The notes below the pieces were generated by a model. That model had not been told where the DNA came from and did not search any database. It saw only the letters and a program-made list of their open reading frames with translations. A stretch of 63,897 bases of DNA, filler included, from Octopus bimaculoides (lineage: Eukaryota), in NCBI RefSeq assembly GCF_001194135.2. It is 4 parts of 4 records of this genome, joined end to end, with 100 filler letters (N's around TTAATTAATTAA, not from the genome) between each part and the next. Parts side by side here need not be neighbours in the genome. Positions count along the whole stretch, not along the records: positions 1 to 28,210 come from NC_068982.1; 3 more parts are not named here. The stretch is one strand, 5' to 3'. The translations under genes were made by a program, and so were the position numbers. How positions within the stretch are numbered: the first letter of the stretch is position 1; every line of letters begins with the position of its first letter. This document shows, piece by piece, positions 1-12,789 of this stretch.

Positions 1-887
1 CAAGGATTAGAATCGAAGGGCCTTAGAGTCAACCTGGCTAAAACCAAAGTCCTAATAAGTAGGAAAGCAGACAAACCACAAATCCCTTCAGGTAGATGAC
101 TCTGCTCGATCTGTAGAAAAGGCGTAGGTAGAAACTCTATAAAATGTACTCAGTGTAAGCTATGGACACATAAGAGGTGCTGCAATATCAAAGGAAGGCT
201 AACTGGGAAGATATTTTTTTATCTGGAAGATGCTCAGGAGCAATAAACACTGAAAATGTGCAGAGAACAACTTCTGCCACATTCCAGGGAGAAAAACTAG
301 AAGTAGTTGATAGCTTCTGTTACCTAGGTGACCAAGTCAGTTGTGGGAGTGGGTGCTCTGAAAATGTAGCTGCTAGAATAAGAATAGCCTGGGCAAAGTT
401 CAGAAAGCTCCTACCTCTGCTGGTGACAAAGGGCCTCTCACTCAGAGTAAAAGGCAGACTGTATAATGCATGTGTACGAACAGCCATGCTATATGGCAGT
501 GAAACATGGGCCTTGACTGCTGAGGAGATGTGTAAGCTTGCAAGGAATGAAGCCAGTATGCTCCGCTGGATGTATAATGTCTGTGTGCATACTCAACAGA
601 ATATAAGTGCCTTGAGAGAAAAGACGGACCTAAGAAGCATCAAATGTGGTGTGCAAGAGAGACAACTGTTCTGGTATGGTCATGTGGTGAGAATGGATGA
701 GGATAGCTGTGTGAAAAAGTGTCACACCCTAGCGGTTGAGGGAACCTGTGGAAGAGGTAGACCCAGGAAGACCTGGGATGAGGTGGTGAAGCATGATCTT
801 CAAACATTAGGCCTCACCAAGGCAACGACTAGTGACCGAGACCTTTGGAAATATGCTGTGCTTCAGAAGACCCGGCAAGCCAAGTGA
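1..887 (+). mobile_element. RTE-clade LINE, 3' part of ORF (RT C-terminus, PHD-like finger, thumb); young but disrupted
   Basis: Frame from base 1 reads QGLESKGLRVNLAKTKVL...CSICRKGVGRNSIKCTQCKLWTHKRC, with a TGA at 97-99 and a 1-nt frameshift near 210-221. It is then open to the stop at 887: VDSFCYLGD...RIRIAWAKFRKLLPLL...LYGSETWAL...WYGHVVRM...GRGRPRKTW, typical RTE motifs. Confidence 0.93.
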
Positions 888-1472
888 GATCATAACTCGT
901 GGCCTATGCCAGTGGTGTAACCAGCCCACTTATGCATACCTTTCCTTCTTTGGATACTAAACTCTGCTTGCGAAGACCTGTTGAGACAAGTGAAATCGAA
1001 ATAAAATTCGATGACAGCACCGCATGACTGGCATCCATGCCAGTGGAGCGCTAAGAGCCATCCGAACATGATTGTTGCCAGGGCTGCTGACTGGCTGCCG
1101 TGCCGGTGGGACGTAAAAAGCACCATTCGAGCGTGATCGTTACTAGCGTCACCTTACTGACACTTGTGCCTGTGGCACATGAAAAACAACATTTAAGCGA
1201 GGTCGTTGCCAGTGCTGCTGGACTGGCTCCTGTGCAGGTGGCACATAAAAAACACCATTTGAGTGTGGCCGTTGCCAGTACCACTTGACTGGCCCTTATG
1301 CCGGTGGCACATAAAAGCACCCACTACACTCTCAGAGTGGCTGGCGTTAGGAAGAGCATCCAGCTGTAGAAACCCTGCCAGATCAGATTGGAGCTTGGAG
1401 CCATCTAGCTTGCCAGTCCTCAGTCAAACCGTCCAACATGCCATTATGGAAAGTGGACGTTAAACGATGATA
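888..1472 (+). mobile_element. 3' UTR of the RTE LINE, with about five ~65-bp tandem units and a GAT-type tail
   Basis: Directly follows the RTE stop codon. Units start ACTG(G/A)C at about 1028, 1090, 1157, 1222 and 1288. Ends ...ggacgttaaacgatgat; the terminal part recurs many times in the window. Confidence 0.8.
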
Positions 1473-1473
1473 C

Positions 1474-1521
1474 ATATATATATGTATTGTGTATATATAT
1501 ATATATGTATTATATAAATAC

Positions 1522-1587
<66 letters not shown>
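1474..1587. repeat. (TA)n microsatellite
   Basis: Direct inspection. Confidence 0.95.
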
Positions 1588-1590
<3 letters not shown>

Positions 1591-2339
1591 CCAAAGAATG
1601 ATGTGTGCTACCCATGACCTTAAGGCATTTATTTTAAACTGGTTCATGTCGATAGGGATAATTTAATTAAAGACTAGGAGAATTGGGAAAGCTGTTTCAT
1701 ATGTAGGATAACAAGAAAAAGAAAGGTGAGTGCATCGAATGAGCACCAATACAGAGAGAGTATTTCAGCAGAGATAGACAGAGAAGAAACAGGATATGTA
1801 TGATCATGTGGTCATACTCTGTTGTAGAATATATTTTTTAGCCAATCAACCAACAGGCTTTTTCTATATGTTTTAGAAGGATCATCCCTGAGCATTTGTT
1901 TTACACCTATTCCCTATCTTTAACCATCTCTTACTCTCCTGCACACTCTTGCAACATGCACTTCCTGATTTCCTGAACTCACTCACCTCTTCTCACCTTG
2001 TATTTTGACAGCCCATCTGGACACATTGTCATCAATATTTTATCTCTTTCCAGCTCTACCCTGGCCACTCTCACCCTCCTTGTACCTCCTCTACACTAAG
2101 AAACCTGTTCCAGACTCTTTTCTTATACTTTAAACCTTTAGCATGCTGATTTGCTCCTAGAATTGTTTCACCTGCCAATATTTTTGAGGGGGCAAAAACC
2201 ATGAGCTCTTACTGTTTTAAAATTGTTACAACTCTCATTGTATTGCATGTACAGACCTGATTTATTTGTATACTAATAAAGGAATGGATGAGTAATATTT
2301 TGATGTAATGCATTGTGTTCGGCTTGCATGTTTTGACAG

Positions 2340-2439
2340 AGAAAAAACACAACAGAACAAAAAGCACGAATGTGTTCACATAAACAGCACAATCTGGGCA
2401 AGACCTGCCAGGCTGATTTCAAAGCTTGTGTACCCCATG
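2340..2439 (+). CDS. Candidate internal exon of the + strand host gene
   Basis: ttttgacag| 100 nt |gtgagt, with two of three frames open. No recognisable protein, and linkage to the 20487 exon is unproven. Confidence 0.25.
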
Positions 2440-2769
2440 GTGAGTAAATAAACAATCAAAATGGCATCAGAAAACAGAAGTTAGACCTTGTTCTGAATCA
2501 AAAGTAGGCTGTTTCCAGCTTAAATTACCAGAAATAAACTTTGTAAAATGTTTATTTTAACCCCCCCCCCCTCAAAGCAACACAAGGCGCCTGAAGCTAC
2601 TGAGGGCAAAAACTCATGGGCAACAAATTGCAACAACAGTGTGGAGAGTAGGTTAACCCCTCATCCCATAGTGTAAGACCACCTTCCTCCATTGTAACCC
2701 GATTCAGTTGAAGGGAATCTTAGTCTTACAGGCTGCATGGCACCATGAACAAAGTATCTCATACTTGCT

Positions 2770-2920
2770 CTAAAATGGTTGGCATTAGGAAGGGTATCCA
2801 GCTGTAGAAACCATACCAAAACAGAGACTGGGGCATGATGCAGTCCTTAGATCCAATAAATCCTGTCAAATAATCCAAACCATCCCAGCATGGAACATGG
2901 ACATTAAATGATGATGATGA
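2770..2920 (+). mobile_element. RTE 3'-end-derived repeat with (GAT)n tail
   Basis: ggttggcattaggaagggtatccagctgtagaaacc...catggacattaaatgatgatgat matches 1340-1470. Confidence 0.8.
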
Positions 2921-5594
2921 TACCATCCAAGAACAAGGGAAAATGTATTTAGAACATAAAATCTTAGAAGATGAATATGACCGATAAAATACAAGTTAAT
3001 AATAGAAACTGTTGAAACTTGCCAATGACAGTAATCAAGAGAAATAGTCATGCTTAATTTTCAACAAACGAATAAACAAACACTTGTTGTAAGAGACAAT
3101 ACTTTCATGTTTTGATCATGTTAGAAATTTGGCATAAACATTCATAAGATATTTTACTGTTACACTGTTGCATTAGGACAGTCATCCAGATGTAAAACAT
3201 TTGTTCCAGTCATTCGTTTTAATCTATTCCTAACTACATGTATCAGATCAGAATAATTAACAACAGCTTCTTGGATGATAAGAAAATAATATAACTAAAT
3301 ATTTAACTGTCTCAGCATCATATCTCTATAACAATTCCATCAGTTAGGATTGACAGTGTCACCATGTATTTTGCAATCTAGAAAGTGCCTGTCTGAGGTA
3401 CAGATCTGCTCAAGGTTTTTTTAATATTTTTATAGCAGACTAGCAGTGGGTCACGTAGCAAATTTCCCTTTTTCCTTGCCATTATTGTTGTCTAAGAGGA
3501 AACACGCCAGTGCTGCTACTGCTAAGCACCAGTATCATCACAGAACATCAAGTTGTAACAGGGACTAGTTTTCTAACAATTCCACTATTCTACATTCTGA
3601 TCTTGTATATTATTACTTTATCAGTTCCTGGAAAAAAAAATGAAAAGCAAATTTGCCCTCAAATGAGTTTGAACTCTGAAAATAAAGAACCAGAAAGAAA
3701 TACTCCAATGCCTTTTGTAACATACTTCAACAATTCTCCCGATCACCACCATGTTATCTGCTCCACAACACTAAAGATGCGGTGTTGTAGCCAAAGCTTT
3801 AAACATGCAAACTATCATGCTACCACCTGACTTTAACCTCAATCTTGGATAATTTAACTCCACTAAAAGATTCTTGAAGGTTGATTAACCAGACAATAGT
3901 TTACAGAAATATGTTATAGCTGGATCCAGGCTTCTGGAGTCAACAATATGATACTTTTTTTTTAATTAAAAGAAAAAAATAAAAGAAATTGTTTCCGTAT
4001 GGGCAGCGTTGCATAATCAATATCAACAGTCTAAATTCTGCTCCATTTGTTCGTCATCCCTTTACCTCTCAAATAGTTTATTTTTTTGAAAGAGAAGTTA
4101 ACAAGTTTCAAATATTTTGTGATATAAAATAATAATAATAATAATAATATAACAAACAGAAAAAGCATTTTAGCCATAACTGTATCTGATGGTAACTTTC
4201 AAAAGAATCTCTTGCAACTTAACTGTCCTATAAATAGCTGCTGCATCTTGTTACCATAGCTACTGTGACTAAATTTGAATAGCCAAAAAATAATAATAAT
4301 AGTAGTAATAACAATAATAAATACAAATAAATAAAAACAAATTTTAACCATGGTTGGGGCAACAACAAAAACTAACCCGGAATCTGTAAAAGAATAAAAG
4401 AAAGAAAATTGAATAGTAACAAAGAAGAGAGATTGCAATCAAAGAATTTTACCAATTATATCCACACTGCTGGGTTGACCATCATCACATATCTTTTTCT
4501 ATCTCCAATTATAGTCCCCCAGAATCAGAATCGACTGAATATATTTCTCTTGTTCTTGTCGTTTCTTTTTCCATTCTTTACTTCTTTGAAGGTTTTTTTT
4601 TTTTGTTTCTTGTGATCTTCATACTATATTTTTAGAGCATTGATTGGTTCTTTCTTCATCTCTCTTGCAAAAGATTTTTATCCTCTTTCATTGTTTTCCA
4701 GCCTACCACCCTTTCTTCATCTCATATTTCATTGATAACTAAAGACAAAATCAAAGACTCAATTCTTCCTTGATTTTGAACTTCTGCCTTTGATTAAACT
4801 TCACAGGTTTTCGATTAATATGTGGTTGGCAAAGGAAAAAAACAACAATAAAATAATAAAAAAAATACAAAATACAAAAAAAAATGCAATCAGTAAACTG
4901 ATTACAACATTTCTCTCCTTTGAAAATCAAACAAACAAAACCAAAAATAATAATAATAATAACAATAACTTCTTTATTGTGTGTGTGGTACTTCAAAAAT
5001 ATACCGTACTACTTCAAAACACTCCCTCCACTACTCCAATGGCGTTTTATTATTATTGCTAAAAAAATATAAATGAAATGTAATGATGATGATGATGGTG
5101 ATGATGACAACGATGATGATCGTTGTGTGTATGTATGTGTTTGTGTGTGTGTGTGTGTGCGTTGTTTGTGCGGCTTCTTTGATGTCATAAGTATCTGGCA
5201 AAATTGATTTTAATCTATCTGTAAACTTCCTCAAGATCAACCAAGAGGTATTTTCAAATTTTTATCAAATTATCAGCAAACGTTGTTAATGTCGTCAGAA
5301 TGCTGAAATCTCATCAGAGGAATTCGTTCTAAAGCCAGAGAGCCTAAATTTTTATTCTTGGCTTTTCAATAGCCAAACTTTTTTTTTCCTTTTAGATTTA
5401 GATAACAAAACATAAAACTTAAAATAAAAGAAATTTTAGGGTGTAAATAATTAACAATTGTGATCTCAAACCCTTGACCACTAAAATATTTACTGGATGG
5501 TTTTCAGAGATAGTGGCAGGAAGGGTGGAGAATTAAGGAGTAGGGTGAGAGAAGAGGATGTTTTCCTTGTTTCATTTGTTTTGTTCTTTTTAAG

Positions 5595-5970
5595 GGCAGG
5601 TATGGCTGTATGGTAAGAAGTTTTCAGTCACACGATTCCCGGTTCAGTCCCACTGTGTGACACCTTGGGCAAGTGTCCTCTACTATAGTCCCATGTTGAA
5701 AAAAGCCTTGTGAGTGGATTTGATAGAAGGAAACTGAAAGAAGCCCATCATGTACATATATGTGTGTGTGTGTGCATTTGTCCTCCACCACTGCTTAACT
5801 GGTGTTTTTTTGTTGACATCCCACAACTTAGTGTTTCAGCAAAAAAGGGACCTAGAGAATAAATACTAGGTATAAAAATAAATACTGGGATTGACCTGTT
5901 TAACTAAAAATTCTCCAAGTTGGTGCCCCAGCATGGCTGCAGTGTAATGATTGAAATGAATAAAAGATAA
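5595..5970 (+). mobile_element. tRNA-derived CORE-like SINE with internal (TG)n
   Basis: tRNA-like head (ggttcagtccc B-box-like), ccttgggcaagtgtc CORE-like motif, (TG)n, then a 3' half ending ggtgccccagcatggctgcag...aaaaga. Many copies in the window. Confidence 0.75.
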
Positions 5971-6594
5971 ACTATAATAGTTTACAATTGAGTGACTCCC
6001 TCATTGTCATATTAGGGACTTATAACTCCCCCTATAACCCAGCAAAAGGGTCTTTCTTTAATTGCTCGATCTGCTAGAAATAGTCACTACATCTTTGGTT
6101 TCAGTATGTGATGCATTGGATAGTATAGTTTAGTGTACACCTTGTCTCAGAAAAAGAGGGGATGAGCATAGCTGGAATACCTTTTATCGTAAATCTACTT
6201 GATCATGGCTTGCGTGGCAAACAAGATAATAGATGACTCTTAAACACACACATTTATATCATTATTATCACTTAACAACGCCCATATTCCATGCTGACAT
6301 AGGTTGGATATTTTGACAGAATCTGACATGTTCAAGAACTGTATCATGCTCCACTGTCTACTTTGGTATGGTTTTTACTGCTGGATACCCTGCCCTTCCT
6401 TGCACCAACTAAATAGACACAAATGGAGAGAAAGAAAGACAGACCGACAGAAAGACAGACAGACAGACAGACAGAAAGGGAACTATTTGCCTATAGTTTC
6501 CTTCTCTACACAGAAAGTGTCAAAGCATGCATAAAATGTGTGATGCAGCATGGTCATGAGAGATGAGAAATTATGCCAATCTGGAGAGGCTGGC

Positions 6595-6830
6595 AAGAAC
6601 CTTGTCATCATCATCATTATCATCATTCTTGTTGAACATCCATTTACCATGTTGGCATGGGTTGAATGCTTCATTAGAAAGTAACAAGCCAGAGAGCTGC
6701 TCCAGGCTCCAGTCATCTGTTTTGGTATGGCTTTTATAGCTGGATGCCCTTCCTAACACCAACCACTTTACAGAGTGCACTGGGTGCTTTTTATATGGCA
6801 CCAGCACCAGTGAAGTCACCAAAAAACTCA
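6595..6830 (-). mobile_element. RTE 3'-end-derived repeat, (CAT)n on +
   Basis: Reverse complement of the 1300-1470 segment. Confidence 0.8.
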
Positions 6831-7705
6831 CAAAACAAGACTCTTCAAATGATACGGGAGTAGTATAGAGCGGGGTAGCTTCAGGAGGTTAAAGTACAGG
6901 AGGAACAGGAACAAATGTCTTGCTGAAAAGGTGATACATGACTTCCCCGACTGGAAAGAGAGAAAGAGATGGTGAGGGCATACCTTCAAGGTGCAAGGTG
7001 AATATAAGAGAGAGAGAATAGGGAAAAAAGGAAATGAAGGGATAGGTCAGTAAAGTTGCAAGGGTATGGAAGGAATGTAGCAATAATTAAACACGGCAAA
7101 TAAGCAAAGATATTTTTAACACACAAAGCATGGTTGATGGTATTTTTGCCTGTCTGCTGTAAATAATTATTGCCTCATTATATATGCCTGTTAACATAAT
7201 ATGCATTACACCATCAACCAGTTTAGTTCAATGGATGTTCGATATTTAGCAGCATCAAAGAAAATGACAGGTATATTGAGAGAAAGCTAGGTAGTAGTCA
7301 TCAGCTGATGTTTGATGGAGAAACAAACTCAAAATCAATCAAAATCCACAATGGAAAACTACTGCTGCTAACCATCATAGACTATACTTAAAGAGATTCA
7401 CAGACTGTTTAGAAATACTTTTCTTTTTTAATCACCCATCACAATGTAATAACCACATCCACTCCCTTAATAGGGAGACCTTTCATAATAGAACAGTTTA
7501 ATGCTGGCCCACAAACTCTGTTGTGCGGGGAAGGGTGCATGGATACAAGGGGGGGGGGCTATTGTTGCATTTCTCCAGGGTTTTCTTCTGGTTGCCTTCT
7601 TCATCACTGACATATGAACCTTCGTCTTCATGTAACCGTTGCCAAGTGATGTGGTTAGCAGCAACATCTTCCACATGTAGTTGTTTTACCAGCTATGTCT
7701 TACTA

Positions 7706-7925
7706 TAGGCGAGCTGGCAAGAATCATTAGAACACTGGGAAAAATACTTAGTGGCATTTCATCCATCTTTACATTCTGAATTCAAACTTCACCCAGGTCA
7801 ACTTTGCCTTTCATCTGTTTGGGGTCTATAAAATAAGTACTAGTTGAGCACGGGGGGTGGTCAATGTAATCAACTTAAACCCCCTCTCCAAAAATGCTGA
7901 CCGTGTGCTAAAATTTGAAACCATT
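7706..7925 (+). mobile_element. tRNA-derived SINE (family C)
   Basis: ggcgagctggcaagaatc...ttctgaattcaaac...caactttgcctttcatc...aagtactagttgagc. Homologues at 20820, 28765, 36650 (-) and 46085. Confidence 0.7.
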
Positions 7926-7989
7926 ATGTAGTAACTGTTTCTGAGAAATTTATTTCATTACATAGTATCTTTACCAACAATCTGAATTT

Positions 7990-8800
7990 CAATGATGCAG
8001 TAGCTGGCCATGTACTACTTTGCAATGCACCCATCATAGGGAAATCTTTATCATGTACTGCAACCACTGCAGCTGGTAGTGAGTGATCACTGTATCACTA
8101 CTTTTGCAGTTGATATTTACAGATATCACAGTGCAAGGTACACGACCCAGGATGTGTTCATGGTAGCATCACCAGGATGTGTTTGTGGTTCCACAACCCA
8201 GGATGTATTTGTAGTAGAAATCCTGGTGATAACTCAAGCTCCACAAGCTATAGAGAAAAAAAAAGTCTTGATACAGACCCCAAGTGGTCTGTATCAACTT
8301 TTGGGGAAGAATGAAGGCTCTTGTTTTGAAAAAAAAAAGAGAACTCTGCACCAAAATTGCCTGAAGGCAGCTGATGTCTGATTCGTGCAACTCTGAATGT
8401 CATTATCAATGCTACCCAGTTTTAAAAGGTGCCATCTCTAGCAACTGTTCATCATAAACAGCAAAGGCAGATGGCATTGGTGGAACAGTAGAACTCCATG
8501 GACAGACCACTGTCTGTCCTAGTAGTGTTGACAATCAGTCTCTGCCTGCTATGTGTTCTCACTACCACAGCAACAAGGACAGTCTGAAGATCCTCCTGAG
8601 TGATAAGAATACAGTCATTTGCATACTGCAGCCACAGAACTTGCTTTTGGCAGAGTTTAATGGAACCTTCTTGTGTTAGCAAGGTTGGCATTTAGTCTAA
8701 AGTCCATTGTTACACTGCTTCTGGTGATGCACAGGAGGAATATGTTAAAGAGACCTGGTACTAGCACGCACTGCCTCACCCCTTGTGTGCTCAAGGAAGG
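7990..8800 (-). mobile_element. Decayed RTE-like LINE reverse transcriptase fragment
   Basis: Minus frames give LQYANDCILITQEDLQ (YADD box), RLIVNTTRT, a frameshifted FK..LGSIDNDIQ..SAAFRQ and HYQLQWLQYMIK (QLRWLGH-like). Multiple stops and frameshifts. Confidence 0.6.
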
Positions 8801-8992
8801 GCTTGGACTGCTATCTTCCTATGGTCACCCAATGAGTTATTCCATTGTGGAACTGACTGAGGATCATCATGATTTAGCATGTCTCCCATGCTAGCATGGG
8901 TTAACATATTATTTGATACAGGCAAACTGGAGAGAACATCCCATAAAAGCTTTTCTTTTCTTACTTTTTTTGCAGCAGTTTACAGAGGCTAT

Positions 8993-9379
8993 GTGGAGGC
9001 GCAATGGCCCAGTGGTTAGGGCAGCAGACTCGCGGTCATAGGTTCGCGGTTACGATTCCCAGACCGGGCGTTGTGAGTGTTTATTGAGCGAAAACTTCTA
9101 AAGCTCCACGATGCTCCGGCAGGGGATGGTGGCGAACCCTGCTGTACTCTTTCACCACAACTTTCTCGCATTCTTTCTTCCTGTTTCTGTTGTACCTATA
9201 TTTCAAAGGGCCAGCCTTGTCACACTGTGTCACGCTGAATATCCCCAAGAACTACATTAAGGTACACGTGTCTGTTGAGTGCTCAGCCACTTGCACGTTA
9301 ATTTCACGAGCAGGCTGTTCCGTTGATCGGATCAACTGGAACCCTCGACGTCGTAAGCGACGGAGTGCCAACAACAACA
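8993..9379 (+). mobile_element. tRNA-derived SINE family A (~387 bp, (CAA)n tail), 11-bp TSD
   Basis: A box tggcccagtgg, B-box-like gttacgattccc, 3' hairpin cgtcg-taag-cgacg, (CAA)n tail. TSD acagaggctat at 8982-8992 and 9380-9390. Confidence 0.92.
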
Positions 9380-9619
9380 ACAGAGGCTATAAACAAGTTC
9401 CAATGTTGTTCCACTTCCCATCTTTGAACATTGTTTCTGAAGCTGCCAGGCTGTGACCATAGCAGTCATACTTCTATTCTCTCTCTAAATCCACACTGTG
9501 ATTCAGGCAACATTGCCTCAAGAAGGCTGCTAATGAGTCTCAAAAGCAACACCTTAGCCAGGACATTACTAATAACAAAAAAGAGTGGACATGCTTCTAC
9601 TATTATCACAGATGATCTC

Positions 9620-9985
9620 ATTGTTTATAATAGCTTTACCAACCTTCTCTTTCATCATATATTGGTTTTACCAACATCTGTCTTGATACAATGTCTTGAC
9701 TAATATATATCAGTAGATAGTAACTTTCCTAGTCGTCTGTCATTAAATAGTAGCCTTATCGTCAATCCGTGTCATTGTTTAGTAACCAATAATCTCTACA
9801 ATTACATAGAAGTTTTACCAACAATTTATTTCATTACAAAGTAGCTTTACTAACAATCTGTGCCATTGAACAGTAGCTTTATCAATAATTTGGACCATTA
9901 AATAGCAGCTTTGCCAACGATATGCATCATTACATAGAAGCTTTATTGACAGTCTGTCATTATATAGCAGTTTGGATTGACAGAA
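9620..9985. repeat. Degenerate ~32-bp minisatellite (about 10-11 units)
   Basis: Units resemble agtagctttaccaacaatctgtgtcattaaat, with ~32-bp spacing clear over about 9808-9965. Confidence 0.8.
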
Positions 9986-11206
9986 TCATTTCAGCATCAG
10001 ATAAAAATACCTTGCAGTATTTCTTCTTTATATTCTGATTTCGAGTCTCACCAAGGAATTTCATCCTCCTCATGAAGTACTGGGGTTAATGTAATTAACA
10101 AATCCCACCCCCACATATTTCAAATTGTGTGCATAGAAACAATTAAATACTAACTTTACCAACTACCACTGCCATTTGCTAATATTTTTTACATTGGTGA
10201 TATACTGGTGCTCACAAATGAACACACACTCTCTCTCTCCCCACAATAGCTAAACAAGTATATTGTCAGTCCTAAGAGATTTGTTTGTAAGAGAACAGGC
10301 AATCTGGAACACCTCACTCCCCTGATCTTCATGTTACAGTACATTGCCCTAGCACTTGATTTCAGCTGCTATGTATACCTTATGTCTAGCTCCTCTTCAA
10401 GTTACTGGATATTATTCTCTTCATTCTTCTTTCGTCCAGTCTTTCCAATCTTGTCTCTTGGGTTTTTATAACTAAATGCTGTACCATTGAACAACTGCCT
10501 TTACTCCTATTTAGCTAGTACCATGCTTTAAAACAGATATGATCATTACTTCACAACATGCAATCTTGTAGAAACCCCCAGTTTTCCTACGTTATAGGTC
10601 TCTGTCTCCTCCTCCTCAATATGCATGTTCCCAACAATTTTCTGAGCCTCTATGTAGCAAGGAGATCTTTCAGTTTCCCTACCTTCTTTCTCCACATTTT
10701 TTTTGTCTCTTTGAATCTATATAGTTCTGAACCTGAAGTCACTCATCACTCTTCACCAGAGAAAAATTTACTATTCACAGACCATTTGTCTACACAATTT
10801 CCTGGAGAGCATTAAGCCTGAGAGTGTAATGCAAATAAGTATTTTGTACATGTAGAGTTTATTATTTATTCATATAACTGAACACTACAATTATTTCAAG
10901 AGTTCTGTTAGCTATTTTGGTTACACGGCCTATAATTTCAAGGAGACATCTAGTCATGCAATCATTTCAATGCCTGATGCATGCACACCATGTACCTTTA
11001 CAGACAGTGTTGATCTGATATGAGGGAGTGAGCTTAAAGTACAACACAAACATTTGATCACTATAAACAAATCATCTGTGTAGGTTATTCAGCTACAAAT
11101 TGCAGAACCATCTTTCTTGAACTCAAGAGACTACTATATAGACATATAGTAGACTGAAGCAAGCTCAATTGATAACAACTATTAGAACTCTTGGTTAGAC
11201 CACATA

Positions 11207-12036
11207 CGAGATGGTATCAAAAAAGTTCCCAGTCTAGTTCTGTAGCACCCTAACAGAGGGCAGCACACAGTTGTATGCACAGTGAGAGCTAGCAGTGACC
11301 TTCATGAGGCAGCATGCCAAGTGACATTCCTGTGTTTACTTCATTGTGAAATTTGTATTTTTGTGATCACGTGTATGTGTGAAATTTTGTGTTAAACTTG
11401 GGAAGTCTGCTACAAAGACATTGAGCATGCTTTAGCAAGTTTACAGCGATAAGGCAATGGGTTGTATGCAATGTTTCAAGTGGCACAAGAGCTTCAAAAG
11501 CAGAATGTCCCTGAAAGACCTGCCCTGTGCATCACCCCTGAAAATGTGGTATTGTGCATTGAGAATTCAGGCATCCTCCAGGGCCACACTGTCAATCAAG
11601 AGTTTTACTGCAATGTTTTGAAGCATTTGAGGAAGGACATTCAGCAAAAGTGACTGGATCTGTGGAGCGCGAAGAATTGGATTCTTCACTGAGCTCTCCT
11701 CACTCATGAGTTTCTTGCCAAAAACAACATAGTATCGCTTCCACACCCACCCTATTCACCAGATTTAGTCCCTGCAGGCTTCTATCTCTTCCCCAAGGTG
11801 AAAATGCAGCTCAGAAGTCACTGTTTTAACACCATTGCCAAAATCCACAGCGAATCACAGAAGGTCCTCGACTCGCTTATGGAAAACGACTTCTAGACCG
11901 GATTCCCAAAGTGACAGGAATGCTGGGACTGGTGTATTGCTGTGCAAGGTAACTATTTTGAAGGAGATGATATTTAGGTAAATAAGTTATTTTTCATTAA
12001 ACATGACTAGTTCAGGAACATTTTGATACCACTCCA
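11207..12036 (+). mobile_element. Internally deleted mariner element
   Basis: TIR cgagatggtatcaaaaaagttccc / ggaacattttgataccactcca flanked by TA. Remnants VKLGKS...QCFKWHK, VNQEFYCNVLKHLRK and HPPYSPDL (mariner YSPDL motif). Confidence 0.9.
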
Positions 12037-12436
12037 TAGTTGACTGGAGCAAGCTCAGTTGATAAGAACTCTTGGCTACACCACATACATGTTTTAAGAA
12101 TTCTGTATATAGAGTTTGTTATCATGTCTACACTTGAATACCAATTCTCACATTCGCTCAAGATCTTGTCATTCAGAATTCATTTGAAGTATTTTTTGGT
12201 TAAACATTAGTTTTTTTTCATATATCTTTTTCTTATAACAAACAGTGTTTTGTATTTCACTTTTGATTAAAGATCAGTTTATGAATATGCTACTGATCAC
12301 AATGTTATTTTAAGTACCCAACAGTTGTTCAGATAACTCATTGATTTGGTTCTGAGTCAGAAGACATCTTACTTTGAAGGTATTGTCTCTAAGCCTAACT
12401 GTCACTGGTCATCTAATTCATTGCTGAAATATTTCC

Positions 12437-12758
12437 CAATGAGTGAGCAAGCTATAGCACTGCTTAGAAGATGCAGATATGTTTTGGACACAACACAAAA
12501 AATGTAATTGTATAATATACATCAACACATACATGGAAAAACAAATGGCTCTAGAGAGCCTTCTAAGCATGAGGTGGAATTTATTTCACATGTACTCCTG
12601 CTACTAATCAACATAGTGTATCTGCCACACCTGATGCCTACCTGCCTGTGATCCTATTGCACCTCTCATGCATCCTTAGTTTACATTGGTTATACTGTAT
12701 AGAGTAGGTAATTCTTACCTACTCCTTTTCTGCATATTGGGCATGGCCATTTTCCAAA
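12437..12758. repeat. Copy 1 of a ~320-bp local duplication (copy 2 at 13741-14458)
   Basis: About 90% identical to 13741-14458 once the SINE inserted in copy 2 is removed. Confidence 0.9.
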
Positions 12759-12789
12759 CAGCAGTAGGGTCCTATTTTCTTTCCTGCTA

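Noticed and set aside
1711-1729. 19-nt micro-exon candidate (tag|...|gtgagt)
   Set aside because: Poor polypyrimidine tract and no way to validate it from sequence alone.
4400-5340. Lys-rich minus-strand frames, with a CUGAUGA near 5310
   Set aside because: Frequent stops, no recognisable domain, and no GAAA after a stem; at most a heavily decayed element.
8993-9065. tRNA-like sequences at SINE heads
   Set aside because: A/B boxes are present, but they continue into SINE bodies with tails and TSDs, so they are not tRNA genes.
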